DNA of 62,235 nucleotides, filler included, from Circinaria calcarea (Eukaryota), in assembly GCA_051942165.1 (NCBI GenBank). It is 16 parts of 16 records of this genome, joined end to end, with 100 filler letters (N's around TTAATTAATTAA, not from the genome) between each part and the next. Parts side by side here need not be neighbours in the genome. Positions count along the whole stretch, not along the records: positions 11,727 to 15,531 come from JAVECS010002616.1; positions 15,632 to 19,432 come from JAVECS010002617.1; positions 19,533 to 23,333 come from JAVECS010002618.1; positions 23,434 to 27,233 come from JAVECS010002619.1; 12 more parts are not named here. One strand, 5' to 3'. Both the position numbers and the translations under genes were made by a program. The notes under the pieces were generated by a model, which saw only the letters and a program-made list of their open reading frames with translations, made no database searches and had not been told where the DNA came from. Below are positions 11,727 to 25,083 of this stretch, in pieces. The stretch's first letter is position 1. Every line of letters starts with the position of its first letter.

Positions 11727-14004
11727 CCAATAGGCTGAACGCCCCAGCTTTTGAAGATAGCTGAGAGGGCCAGCTGGAGGGCTGTCACAAGGGGTTGTGA
11801 GAACTCAGGGAGACGAAGTTGCTCCGACTTACGTGGCTGCGTGAGCTCATCTGCACTTTGTCAGAGATGATCCGAGTAGAAGACACAGTGGGAACAAACC
11901 AAGGAGTAACCACTTCGGTGGCTTTTTTAAGCTCTGCAGCGCAGCGTCGAGGCGTTTCAGCGTTACCACCGCTTCGGGAAATGTCTGCACCAATTCTTTG
12001 CCCATCTGCGACCATTGAGCGCCCTGCCCGGTAAACACGAATCCGATTCTAGGACGATCGGCGGTAGGCTTGCCGAAAGTAAATTGACTTTCTGCCAGTT
12101 CGGTGGTATTTGTCACTACATAAGCCCGTTGAAAATGACGACTCCGTCTTTCAGATAGAGTATAGGCCAGATCTTGCAGCTCAATCGAGATGCTCGGATT
12201 GACCAGATGTCTTCTCAATGCACCAAGGTTCGCTGAAAGCGAAGCCTCGTCATTTCCGGAAAGAACCAGCAGGTGTGGACGGTTAATCTTGGTTTCTGCA
12301 AAAAGATCATTGCCGCTTGATGCGTAGGATGAAATGTGCCGAAGTTGAGACTTGCTCACGAGAGTACTTGGTTCGTCTATGATAACGTGGACGTTCGAAC
12401 CACCGTAGCCGAACGAGTTCAAGCTGGCTCGTCTGAAGGGCATACGAGGCCATGGTATTGCCGTTCTAGTGGCCCGTACCCGGAGTGCCTCAAAGTTGAT
12501 TTTAGGGTTTGGGGTAATGAATGTTGGGTTTCCGGGAATAATGCCATTCTCTACCGTCAAGATGGCTTTGATGAGCCCTGATAAACCAGCGGCAGGCTCG
12601 GAATGTCCAACGTTGCTCTTGATCTGTGAATTGTCAACCTTTGCCCTTACTTTTGTTACACAGAAAGATTGTTCTAACCGATCCTATTATCAATGGTTTT
12701 TTCTCATCTCGAGACGGTGAGAATACAGAAGATACCCCATTTGTTTCAATGGGATCTCCTGCTTGCGTACCGGTGCCTTGGGTGAGAGTACGTCAGCTTC
12801 AACCCTTACGGTCCAAAGATCAAACAAAGGTAATTCAGTAGGCGTACCATGACATTCAAGATAACCCGTTTGGGAGAGATCCTTGATTCCAGCATTAATG
12901 TACGCTTGTCTCGTCGCAGCCGCCTGCGCTTCAGAACTTGGACTCGCAATGCCAGCTGTCCAACCATCGCTGTTTGTTGCAGAACCGCGGATTACTGCCC
13001 GAATAGGGTCCTTGTCTCGGATGGCATCGTCGAGGCGCTTCACTATGACACAGTTTACCGCCTCGGCTTTGACATATCCATCAGCCTTGCTATCAAAAGT
13101 ATGACACTTTCCGGAAAGAGTATTGGCTCCCTTCATAGCGCTCAGGTCCATGTTGTGTTCGGGGCTGAGATAAAGATTGCACCCGGAAACAATTGCTCCG
13201 CTTATCTCCCCTGTCTGAAGATATCAGCAGGCAACATCGAGGCCGACCAAGCTTCCCGAACAGGCAGTATCGATTGTCATGCTGTAGACGTTTGGTCAGC
13301 GTGATGAATGGAATTTTAGCACTATGATATCTTACCTAGGGCCTTTGGTGTTTAAGAAATGACTAACGCGGTTACTCAACATTGCCCGGCCTATGCCAAT
13401 GGTAACGTTAGGAACCCTATCTTCAGGGTCCCGGGCCTGTATGTCTGCGTAGTCTGTAAAGGTCAGACCAGGCTAGCGAGCAAGCAAGTTCAATAGGCCT
13501 ACCTCCGGCAAACGAGCCTGTGAAACAACCAAAGGGACTTTCGGATAGGCCCTCTAGAGTAAGGCCTGCGTTCTCAATTGCTTCGTATACGACCTCCAGA
13601 ACTTGTCTTACCTGTGGATCCATGGCCGTAGCTTCGGTTTTTGAAAGACCAAAGAAGGGAGCATCAATATCACGGGGATCAATATTCTCTAGGAACATAC
13701 CACCTGGCGAACGCATCGTACGGGGCTTGGTGGATCCATCATGGTGGCTATCGAGATTGAATCGGGTGTCTGGAGGTCGGTTACGAGCGACACCACCCTT
13801 CATGAGAAAATCCCAAAGCTTCCGAGGTGAGCTGCTTTCTCCTGGAAGCCGACAAGACAAACCAATCACCGCAACCGGTTGCTGGAGGTAAGCTTTCGTG
13901 GCTGCAGCAGGCATGGATCCATTCTGGATGTTGTTCCTCGTGGCGGAGGAAGTACGGCGGCCGTGATTAGTCTCATCCCGACGGCCAGAGTCGTTGATAG
14001 TCAT
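11727..14004 (-). CDS. Type I iterative polyketide synthase, likely highly reducing class (KS and start of AT), multi-exon, 3'-truncated; contains in-frame TGA at 13226-13224
   Basis: [27 protein letters not shown] (catalytic Cys), [36 protein letters not shown] is at the N-terminus with no SAT domain. Confidence 0.93.
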
Positions 14005-14767
14005 GGCGCCGATGTAGTTCAGTGGCCCGATGGTTCGACAAGTCTAGAGCGAGAAATGTTGGATGGCAGGTATTGGGCATCTGGCCATTTGTGAGGATTG
14101 GAAAGAGTACAAGACATGTCTGGATGCTCGTTTAATGCAGCGCTCCCCATGGTGTAACTGAGATTCGTTATAGTCATCATGCTTGTGTGTCTAAGGCGAC
14201 ATAATGTTAGCCTCAGCATTGCTGCTTGCTGGCGTGTAGCAAGTCTACTAAGCAAAGCCGAAAGAGGGGAGAGGGAATTCTCGGTCGGAATTCTGGGATA
14301 ATGAACTTGACAGGATGCTTCCCAATGTTCGAACTATGGCTAGGGAAATGATTAGTCGAGCGGAAGATAAGCATTGCGTGAGCATGCGTAACCGGGCCAC
14401 TAAAGGCCGTCAGCCCTACAGGATGAGTCGCGATTAGCGGGTTAGAATAGCAGCAAGCCTTCATGCCGCACAATCTGGATGGTGAGAGCGATGTCGAGAT
14501 GCTGAGAAGTATTCCCATCGTCACCACATGGACAACAACCAGCAGCAGCATGTAAGGCAAACGGATGACGCGGCGATTTTCCTTGTAACAACGCATGCCT
14601 GTGATGCATGAGAACAGGGACATTTTGTAGAATAGTAGACAGCATTACCTTCTCTTTCCACGCACTGCCTTCTCCTTTCCAACTCTTCTTTGTGCCCTTG
14701 GAATCCCACCTTGCTGCCGACCTCCTCTTTAATCAGCGCAGTTCACGTAAGCATCTCAGCTAGCGCC

Positions 14768-15531
14768 ATGGCAAACCGTCAAAATGTTGAGTTCAAGACG
14801 ATGGACGGAATCACCTTGCGAGGAGATCTGTACAGCGCAGGACAGCGTGGGCCTGCCGTGATCCTAACCCCGGGAGTAAGTCCATTCGGAACCGGGGAAC
14901 CCGGGATGCGTTCTGTTCCTGACTTTGTCCAAGTTCAACTGCACCAAAGAGATGTTTGTGCCTGATGTTGCAGCTTATTTTCAAAAAGAGGGCATCACCG
15001 CCCTTACTTATGATCCACGAAGTACCGGCGTGAGCGACGGGATGCCCCGCAACAACATCGATCCGAATAAGCAAGTAGAAGATTACTCGGACGCCTTCAC
15101 GTATCTGGCCAGCCTACCCACGGTTGATCCGAATCAGATTGTCTTCTGGGGGTTCTCCTTTGCCGGCACCGTTTCACTTTGCGCTGGCTCTCTTGATAAG
15201 AGAGCAAAAGCCGTGGTCGCCGTCTGCCCATTGACAAGATTTGAGTATACACCGGAACTGCTCCCCAAAGTCCTCTCCAAAGCCATCAAAGACCGTGAAT
15301 CCCAGATCCTGGGCAACGAGCCGTTTTATCTGCCGATGTTGACACCAAAGGGCGAGAATCCAGCGGGCTTTGGCGTTGGTGTCGAGAAGGATAATTACAA
15401 TATTCTCATCGGCGCAAAGCGAGAGGTCGCACCCTCCTTCGAGCTCAACACGACTATTCAAACTTACTACAAATTGTTCATGTGGCAACCCTTTGATCTG
15501 TGGAAGCACCTAAATCCAACCCCTATACTTC
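14768..15531 (+). CDS. Alpha/beta-hydrolase of the PKS-associated thiohydrolase/polyketide transferase type, 3'-truncated; exons 14768-14875, 14934->15531
   Basis: VEFKTMDGITLRG, TPG/FNCTKE, YDPRSTGVSDGMPR, nucleophile elbow WGFSFAG; divergent from the PKS. Confidence 0.85.
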
Positions 15532-15839
15532 NNNNNNNNNNNNNNNNNNNNNNNNNNNNNNNNNNNNNNNNNNNNTTAATTAATTAANNNNNNNNNNNNN
15601 NNNNNNNNNNNNNNNNNNNNNNNNNNNNNNNCATTCCTGTATCTTACATACTCTGCCCACGAAACAATAAAGGGGCAAAACACAGTACGAGTATATATAG
15701 CCTTATCTCAAGCACCAATCCCATTCTTACCTCATCAATTCATGCTCCCCTCCCTACCCTCCGACTTCCTCGGAATATATATTCTTTTTCTCTAGAGATT
15801 CTACTTCTCTAGGAGCGGGGGGAAGGGTTGACTATACGG

Positions 15840-16165
15840 GTAAATAAACCAAGCCGCAGAGGACGTTGCTTATGCCGTCGAGTAATACGGGATCAACATG
15901 CTCTTGGCGAGAGGTGTGGATCATCAGCCCAAAAGCTTCCGAGATTCGACCAGTGACATCGACGGTGGAGGGATCGCAGAGACTGTCCATGTCACTGAAC
16001 GGGATCTTGTTCAAGAAGAGCTTATTATTGTCCGTGTCAAAGGCGGCCCAGCCACCATCGCTGTTCTGCATGCCACATAGGTCGATCCCAGACACCTGGG
16101 GTTCTAGTTGACGAAAGCGAGTATGGCCGCTCTGGTGCGCTTATCCCCAACGCCAGAATAATCAT
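15840..16165 (-). pseudogene. Squalene-hopene cyclase-like fragment
   Basis: [13 protein letters not shown] (QW repeat), [22 protein letters not shown]; upstream degenerate YSGVGDK..AAILA with stop and frameshift; no rest of gene. Confidence 0.75.
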
Positions 16166-16289
16166 GGCAGAAAGTCTCTGAGATCGCTGCTTTTAGGTTT
16201 TTATCCTCGGCCTCAACGGAAATATCTCTTGCTGGTATGGGCTGGAGCTTCCACCTCCTTTTTGGCTCCTAAAGACTGGGCTATATTAG

Positions 16290-17196
16290 GATACGTTCAG
16301 AGAATTATCATAGGTCACTCGCCCGTCGTGATCAAATTATCTATTCTGTTTTTATGGCGACGGATATATGGCCATGTCCGTACTTTCAACATCGCCACCT
16401 GGGCTATGATTGCTCTCATAACAGCATGGAGCATGGCGTTCTTTTTGACAATGGTCTTTCAGTGCGGCGCAAATTGGAGTCTTAACTGGGCCCCGATTTT
16501 CGTCTTTTTGACACGATGGTCAAACACACTTAACATGCTAACCGTTTTACTGCAACCGATATTATCACTGATCTCATGATTATTGCGATGCCGATTCCAA
16601 TGGTATGAAGAGTATTGAGTTTCATTCACCCAATATCATACTCATGTTCGCCAGATTTGGTCACTCCATATGAAGACTCGAAGAAAGCTTGCTTTTACGG
16701 TTCTTGTGAGTATTCCCCTACACACGAAGCGCTTTCCAACGATAGCCTGGCTGACCCCGGACAAGTACTATCGGTGCTGGCATTGCTCGAATGTTTGCAT
16801 ACCTCGTAACATCTTATGGTATGCTCGTAGCACTCAAATGACTGAAATGCATGGACCTCTAAGGCTGACACTGAGCGGTTTAGACAAAGAATCCAATCCG
16901 GACTTCATTCGAAGGTGCCTGCTTGCTACTAAATACAGTAAACTAATTATCGTTCTGTAGAGGACTTCACTATCTTCCTTCTTTGGAGCCTCGTCGAGCT
17001 GAATGTAGCAATGATTTGCGCATGCCTCCCGACTCTACTCCCCATCGTCTCAAAACTCCCTCGCAGCATCGGATCACTCCAAAGTTCGAAGAGGCTACTG
17101 TCACTTAGTTGGCTGAGATCACAAAGGAATGGTACCAAGCACTCGGACAGCGATTCGCACGATTCTTCAAGTTCTAAAATGCTGGAAGCCGAATGA
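16290..17196 (+). pseudogene. PTH11-like (fungal rhodopsin-domain) integral membrane protein, N-terminus missing and frameshifted
   Basis: IKLSILFLWRRIY, VFQC, TDIITDLMIIAMPIP (only after a frameshift near 16545), WSLVELNVAMICACLPTL. Confidence 0.7.
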
Positions 17197-17815
17197 ATGT
17201 CCCTTGTGCAATATACGTGAATATGGGGAAAACGCCGATAACTCTCTACGTTTAGCTATCATGAAAAAATCGGGAGTGAAACCAAGAGGGTTGAACCTAG
17301 CATGGAGACAACGATTTCCACAGTACCACACGCTGTCGATCTTGAGTTGCAATCCCAACCAGACCATAGCATTATGGTACAAAGCGAAATTCTACATCGC
17401 AATGGTGGCGCAGTGTGATCAGGAGAGACGAGACTCTATATACTATGGAAAATTTCTTATTGCAAGGCAAAATAAGATGGGGCTAGATAGAATAATATTA
17501 TATAGGGTTAAATATACAGCAGTAGATTTTTTTTTTTTTTTTGAAAATTATTTAATATTGTTTTGGAAAGGTGTTGCAGCTGCATAACTTATAAGAAGTA
17601 TAATCATATAGGATAAATTGAATTTGCAGTATGATATCGGCCTCGGGTGCCTTCTCTATTCAGACTGAGATCAGCGGTCCGCAGGGGCATTAGTCACGGC
17701 CCGGCGGCTTTGTGCGTCCGAGTTTGAATATAAATATCCATTGGACTTGCACCTTCTATCAACCTCTTCAGTCAACAGATAAGGCCATCCGGTCCCTTTC
17801 TATCTTTACCCAACA

Positions 17816-19432
<1,617 letters not shown>

Positions 19433-19932
19433 NNNNNNNNNNNNNNNNNNNNNNNNNNNNNNNNNNNNNNNNNNNNTTAATTAATTAANNNNNNNNNNNN
19501 NNNNNNNNNNNNNNNNNNNNNNNNNNNNNNNNGATGGGTTTTCGGCCGCCGGGAGGGCGGAAGGTGTTGGGGCGGAGGGGGCGGAGGATACGTGGGCGAA
19601 GGTAACGCATCGTTGAGGGGGTAATTGAGGTGGTGGATGAAGCTCCCGGGTGAGACGGAGCTGCACTATTGATGAGAGTTTGGATGTTTTGGTAGATATT
19701 TGCTCTTTGGAGACTGATCTGATCGAGCTGAGCTAACCTGAAGGGCCGATGTCACCCGAAATCCGGGGACTAGCGTCTTTCCCCAGATTATGTCGGCCAG
19801 AACCTCCAACCGTTATCGACCATAATCTGGATTCTAGTTAACATGGTTGAGAACCAGACATGCTGGGCTTCACTTTTTCTGTTTCATCTGTAATAGAGCC
19901 TCTCGATAGGAGGTAACAATAGTTTAGTGATC

Positions 19933-22896
19933 ATGCCTTCCACCAAGTCCGATACTCTACCAACACCAGCGCCAGACCTCGAGATTCTCGGTGACCAAGT
20001 CACGCTGCATCCAAGCAGCTATGTTGAGCCCCTACCTCCCAAAGGAGATGCGTCAGACCGTAACCTGGTCTATCATACAGCCCGCTTCCGCGAGTCCCCT
20101 TTCGAATTTCTTCGCGAGGTTAGCCTGCATGTGTCTGGGACGGGTTGGCGGGCCTTTGATGACTACATTGGTCAACCTATATTCTATTCTGGCTTTTCTG
20201 AGAACATGAAAGCTGCTGTTATGGGTACACCGATATTGAAGGCAAAGATAGAGGAGCTAGCAGAAAAAAGAGTACTGGTTGAAGAGTCAGAAGGCATCCT
20301 AGGCCAAGGCGTGGAGACGAATGGACGGCGAAAGCGGCGGAAGGAAGAGCTTAAACAAAACTTGGAGGAAGTTGCCATTGATCTAACAGACAAAATGATA
20401 TGTAAAATGGAGAGCAAGCGTTTTATTAGAGGCGCGTATTGGATCTGTACAGAGCTCCTGACACGGGCATATCATCAAGGTATGGAATACGACCTAGACT
20501 AGGGGTCTCTGTCAGGGACTAATATCTTGCTTTAGGTGTCCATGTATCTAGCGAGGAGGTTATCCGTCTACGAGCCGTTGCGGAAGATGCAGCCAAGAAG
20601 AAGCAATCAATCATATTTCTTCCCTGTCACCGATCTCACATTGATTATGTATCTTTGCAGCTTATCTGCTACCGCCTAGGGCTGGCTTTACCCACTGTAG
20701 TCTCTGGCGACAACTTGAACCTCCCAGGTGTTGGTTGGTTTCTCCAACATGCAGGTAAGGACCTGAAAGTAAATTGTAAGAGACAACTCAGTGACTCGAT
20801 GTTGATAGGAGCTATGTGGATCAGGAGGACCTTTGCTAATGATACGTTGTATACTACTCTTGTTCAGTCTTACATTGGTCAGTCAGTCGCTCTGGTGAAA
20901 GTGTTTTGTGATAATCAGCTTACGGCATAGCCAGATGCATTACTTCAAGGCGGTTTCAATTTGGAATGTATGTTCACAATATTTTCACCTTTTCTGGGAC
21001 TGCCTTAACGACTAGCATCAGGCTTCGTTGAAGGAACTCGTTCGCGCACTGGAAAACTGCTCCAGCCTAAATTTGGCATACTCAGCTTTCTCCTCGATAG
21101 TGTTCGTTCTGGAAGGGTCCAAGATGCCATTATATGTCCTGTATCTACTCAGTATGACAAAGTGATTGAGACACCGTACGCTATCTTCGTTCTGGAATTG
21201 TTATCCAAGCTGACCATGTCGCCATAGGAGCTATGTTTCGGAACTTTTAGGGAATCCCAAGCCGAAAGAAAACTTAGTCGACTTCCTTTCCGCCTCCTCC
21301 TTAATATCATTGAAACTAGGTAGAGTGGACGTGAGGTTCCATGAGCCATGGAGTTTGAAAGGCTTCATAGAAGAACAACAAGCTCGAATGACCACACTAC
21401 CCAAGCAGATAGACAGACCCATGTCTCAAGATCCTAAAGTTAGAATCCGCCTGTTGCGAACGATGGGTTACAAGATACTTTCAGATATCAACGCAGTATC
21501 GGTCGTCATGCCAACGGCTCTAATTGGGACAGTTTTACTTACATTGCGTGGCCGAGGTAATTTAGAATACCTTGCTTTGTTCCAACTTTTCTTCAAAGGG
21601 GCACTTGGGTAATCATAGTTTCTATAGGTGTCGGCAAAGCCGAGATGGTGCGCCGCGTCGAGTGGCTTAGCGATCGGGTAAGGGCTAAAGGTGGACGAGT
21701 CGCGCATTTCTACGGGGTATCTACATCCGAAGTGGTCGATCGCGGTTTAGAGGTACTCGGTCCAGGGCTAGTGGGGGTTGTCGAAGGTCTGCTTGAGGAA
21801 ACGTATTACGCCGTGGACAGGTTTCAGCTGTCCTTCTACCGGAATATGACTATACATCTGTTCATCTCAGAGGCCTTGGTATCTGCTGCAATGTATACTC
21901 GGGTAAAGCAAGGAGGAGGTCCAGCGAATCAGAGAATATCTTTCGAAGACTTATACGACCAGGTCTCCTTCCTTTCGCAGGTAAGGTAGCTCCAAACATC
22001 CTGGGAATCTTTCATTGACCCCTTTAGCTCTTCCGTGGTGAATTCATCTACCCAACCGAAGGACTTTCCACGAACTTGGAGAAAACCTTGCAAGGCTTGG
22101 AAGCCGATGAAGTTATCAAAATCATCAATGACCCTATGAGCGACCCTGCCAGCGATCCTTCTAGCTCGGTTACTACAATCGAGCTCACCGACTTGGAAAG
22201 AGCGCGGGGCCGCGAGAATTTTGACTTTTATTGCTTCCTAATTTGGCCCTTTGTCGAGGCGAGTTGGCTCGGTGCGGTATCATTAATGGGACTTACTCCG
22301 CCGACTAACACGGAGGGCGACGTTTGGCTCGACCTTACACGCTTCCAAGACAAGGCTCAGCTGGTCGGTCCACCTCACACATAACTAGTAATACCACACC
22401 ACTAACAAACTGTGTTAGCTCGGCAAATCCCTCTACCACCAAGGCGACCTTAGCTACTTTGAAGCTGTTAACAAGGAAACCCTGAAGAACGCCTACCAGC
22501 GCTTTGAGGAAGAAGGCATCATCCTTCTCGCCAAAAGCCGAGACTCGAGAACCCCGACCACCATCAAGCTATCCCCCGAATGGACGCCCAGTCGAGACGA
22601 AGACGGCAAGGTTTGCCCACGGGGAAAGCTGTGGGATTTTACGGAGATGATTGCCAAGTCGAGGCGGGAAGGGTGAGTTCCTATACCCTAGGGTAGTTGG
22701 GGAGGTGGAAAGGCCGCTAACGGGGATGCACAGGAAGAATCGTAGGGACGGCGCAACGATCAGTGCACGGGTCCTGCGGCTGGCGGATAAGGTTGGCGGG
22801 GAGTTGTATGTGGACGCGAGGAGTGCGGACGAAGGGATCACGCCACTTACGAAGAGGAGGAGGAAGGAGACGAATGGCCCGATGGCGAGGCTTTAG
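19933..22896 (+). CDS. Glycerol-3-phosphate / dihydroxyacetone-phosphate acyltransferase (PlsB/GNPAT family), multi-exon, complete
   Basis: PCHRSHIDY (HX4D), GAMWIRR, FVEGTRSRTGK, PVSTQYDK, QLSFYRN; ends in -ARL. Confidence 0.92.
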
Positions 22897-25083
22897 GAGG
22901 CTGTGATAAGGATGTTGTATAGATTATTCGACAGGGTCGCTCGCCTAATGTACATATATCAAACCCGCCCCCCCCACTTACATGAAAAATAATCCAAGCT
23001 TTTTTTTACCTTGTTCAAATATGGATGACCCATGCTCCATGCTTCATGGCTTCTCCGTGCTTTCCCGTTGTCTCCCGATCGGTACCATACGTTAGCGAAT
23101 CAGAGAGGCCGAAAACCAAAAATACCCCCTTTTCGCTTTTTTCCCCCCCAAACCTTTTCCCCCCAAATCTTTACGGAGTATGGTACCGACGCAAGACCGC
23201 GGTTCGAGAAATGGGGTTCCCCTTTTTCGTTGAGAGAGAGAGGGGGGGGGAGAGAAATGTTTTTCTCTTTTTCTATACAAGCAAGCAACCAAGAGGGCTA
23301 TTGCATAGAGTGCTTGGCTCCCCTCCCCCCCCCNNNNNNNNNNNNNNNNNNNNNNNNNNNNNNNNNNNNNNNNNNNNTTAATTAATTAANNNNNNNNNNN
23401 NNNNNNNNNNNNNNNNNNNNNNNNNNNNNNNNNGTGAACGATTGCGCGAAGACTTAGGAAAAAACGAGAAAGATATCTCACTAGCAAATATGGTAGGTAA
23501 AGCGTCAACACTTTTTTATTTATAAGCTATTTACTAACTATTCTAGGGTAATTACGGGTTAGGCTGCGGAGCGACTCCGGAGACTTCAGAGATTCCGGCG
23601 GCAGGAATAATCGAAAGGGTGCGTCGGTGATAGGAGGGGGGGAGTGCGTGAAAGCAATAAGGGGTTAGGGGGTGCGTGGCTGATACGATAGGGTGCGTGG
23701 GAGCTCGGAATGGCAAAGATGGGGTGCGTGGCTGATATTCGCCGAAATCCCCGTTATAATGACTGGTCGAGCCCCGCAGCAGCTGTAGGTACTGGAGACC
23801 AGCGGACCTTCTCTTCCACCAATCTTTTCTTTGGTCGCCGTATGTACATGCAGGAGCTGTTAGTGGGTGAGGGAGTTCGGCGGTGACCTGGGCTAGAGTG
23901 CAGCGAGGCTCGAAGAGTGAAGTCATAATACACGAAAGAGCATGGATACCGCAATTTGGGCGTGTGAAGCCACTTTCCTGTTGTCCTCCACCTCCTTCAT
24001 TGCCCTCACCGCCTTCCACCTCGCTCTTCTCCTCGGCTGCCTCTACTGCGCTTTCATTCTCTCGACTTGTACGGGCTTGCTGAAGCTCCGTCCCCTGCAA
24101 GGCGCAATGGTCTTCGTCTCGCCCGTCTCCACCCACCTTTAATGCCTTCTTCTACTTTACCATCCTACTGAGTAAACTCGCCTATGCGCAAAGTCGCGAT
24201 GTGGATACGGCTTCTCATTCCATGGGAGGAGCGATTGGGACCGCAACGGTCTCGTCGATAGCTATGCAGGAACCGTGCACGCTATACTGGTAAGGGAGAT
24301 TGTAGTTCCCCCGCACAAATTACTATGTAAATGGGCATTTCCTCTCCGCCGATTAGCCAGAATTAAAGATTTCATTAAAGCCCGTGCTGCCAGAGCAACA
24401 CTTTAAGGGATAAGGAATAATTAAGTTGCCTTTAACTACCTACTCGACATTAGCTGATACTAATTCACAGGTAAGGCTGCTCGCTAAATACAGCCACACA
24501 TAAATCCAGTCACAATTCCAGCTGAGAACGTCATTAACTCGTTAAACCTTCCACCTCTCGGTGAAAAGTATATCAACGCCGTAGCGTCCTCTGTTTTGAC
24601 TTACCAGTAGTGTTGATCTATCGGAGGGAAGACGCCGTCTACCGTAGCGTCCTCTGTCTGACTTGAAGTTATTGATGTCAGTTGTAAGTACATAAACATA
24701 CTTGACAGTGCAATTACAATCCAAAGAGTTTCTACTCAGCGCGTTTTTCAAGATGCCTAAAATTGCTATGGCTAATTCTACTGATCGACAAAAAAGTCTT
24801 AATGACCGCTCCATCAAGCATTTTCATTTTGCAGCCTCGAAGGAGAATCAACATCCTGTTTTAAAAGATCGAAGTCCTGAACAACCAAAGTAAGACTTCC
24901 CGAGGACGACTACTCTTTAGATTCTATACTAATATATTGTAAAGCCAGCAACAGATAAAACGACAATCACGATTTCCTGCTAAGCAATCTCCTAAGCCTC
25001 CTGTCGGATTCGAAACCGATCCTGCCTTCATTAAAAGCATCTGGGAGGACGTTCAGAATTATTTGACTCTCACCACCGTTACC

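Noticed and set aside
22960..23333. ORFs in homopolymer-rich contig ends (also 54572-55150 and 57700-58353)
   Set aside because: Low-complexity, probably low-quality terminal sequence with no coding signal
23552..24136. 194-aa minus-strand ORF
   Set aside because: Non-ATG start, low complexity, no recognisable domain or clear splice structure
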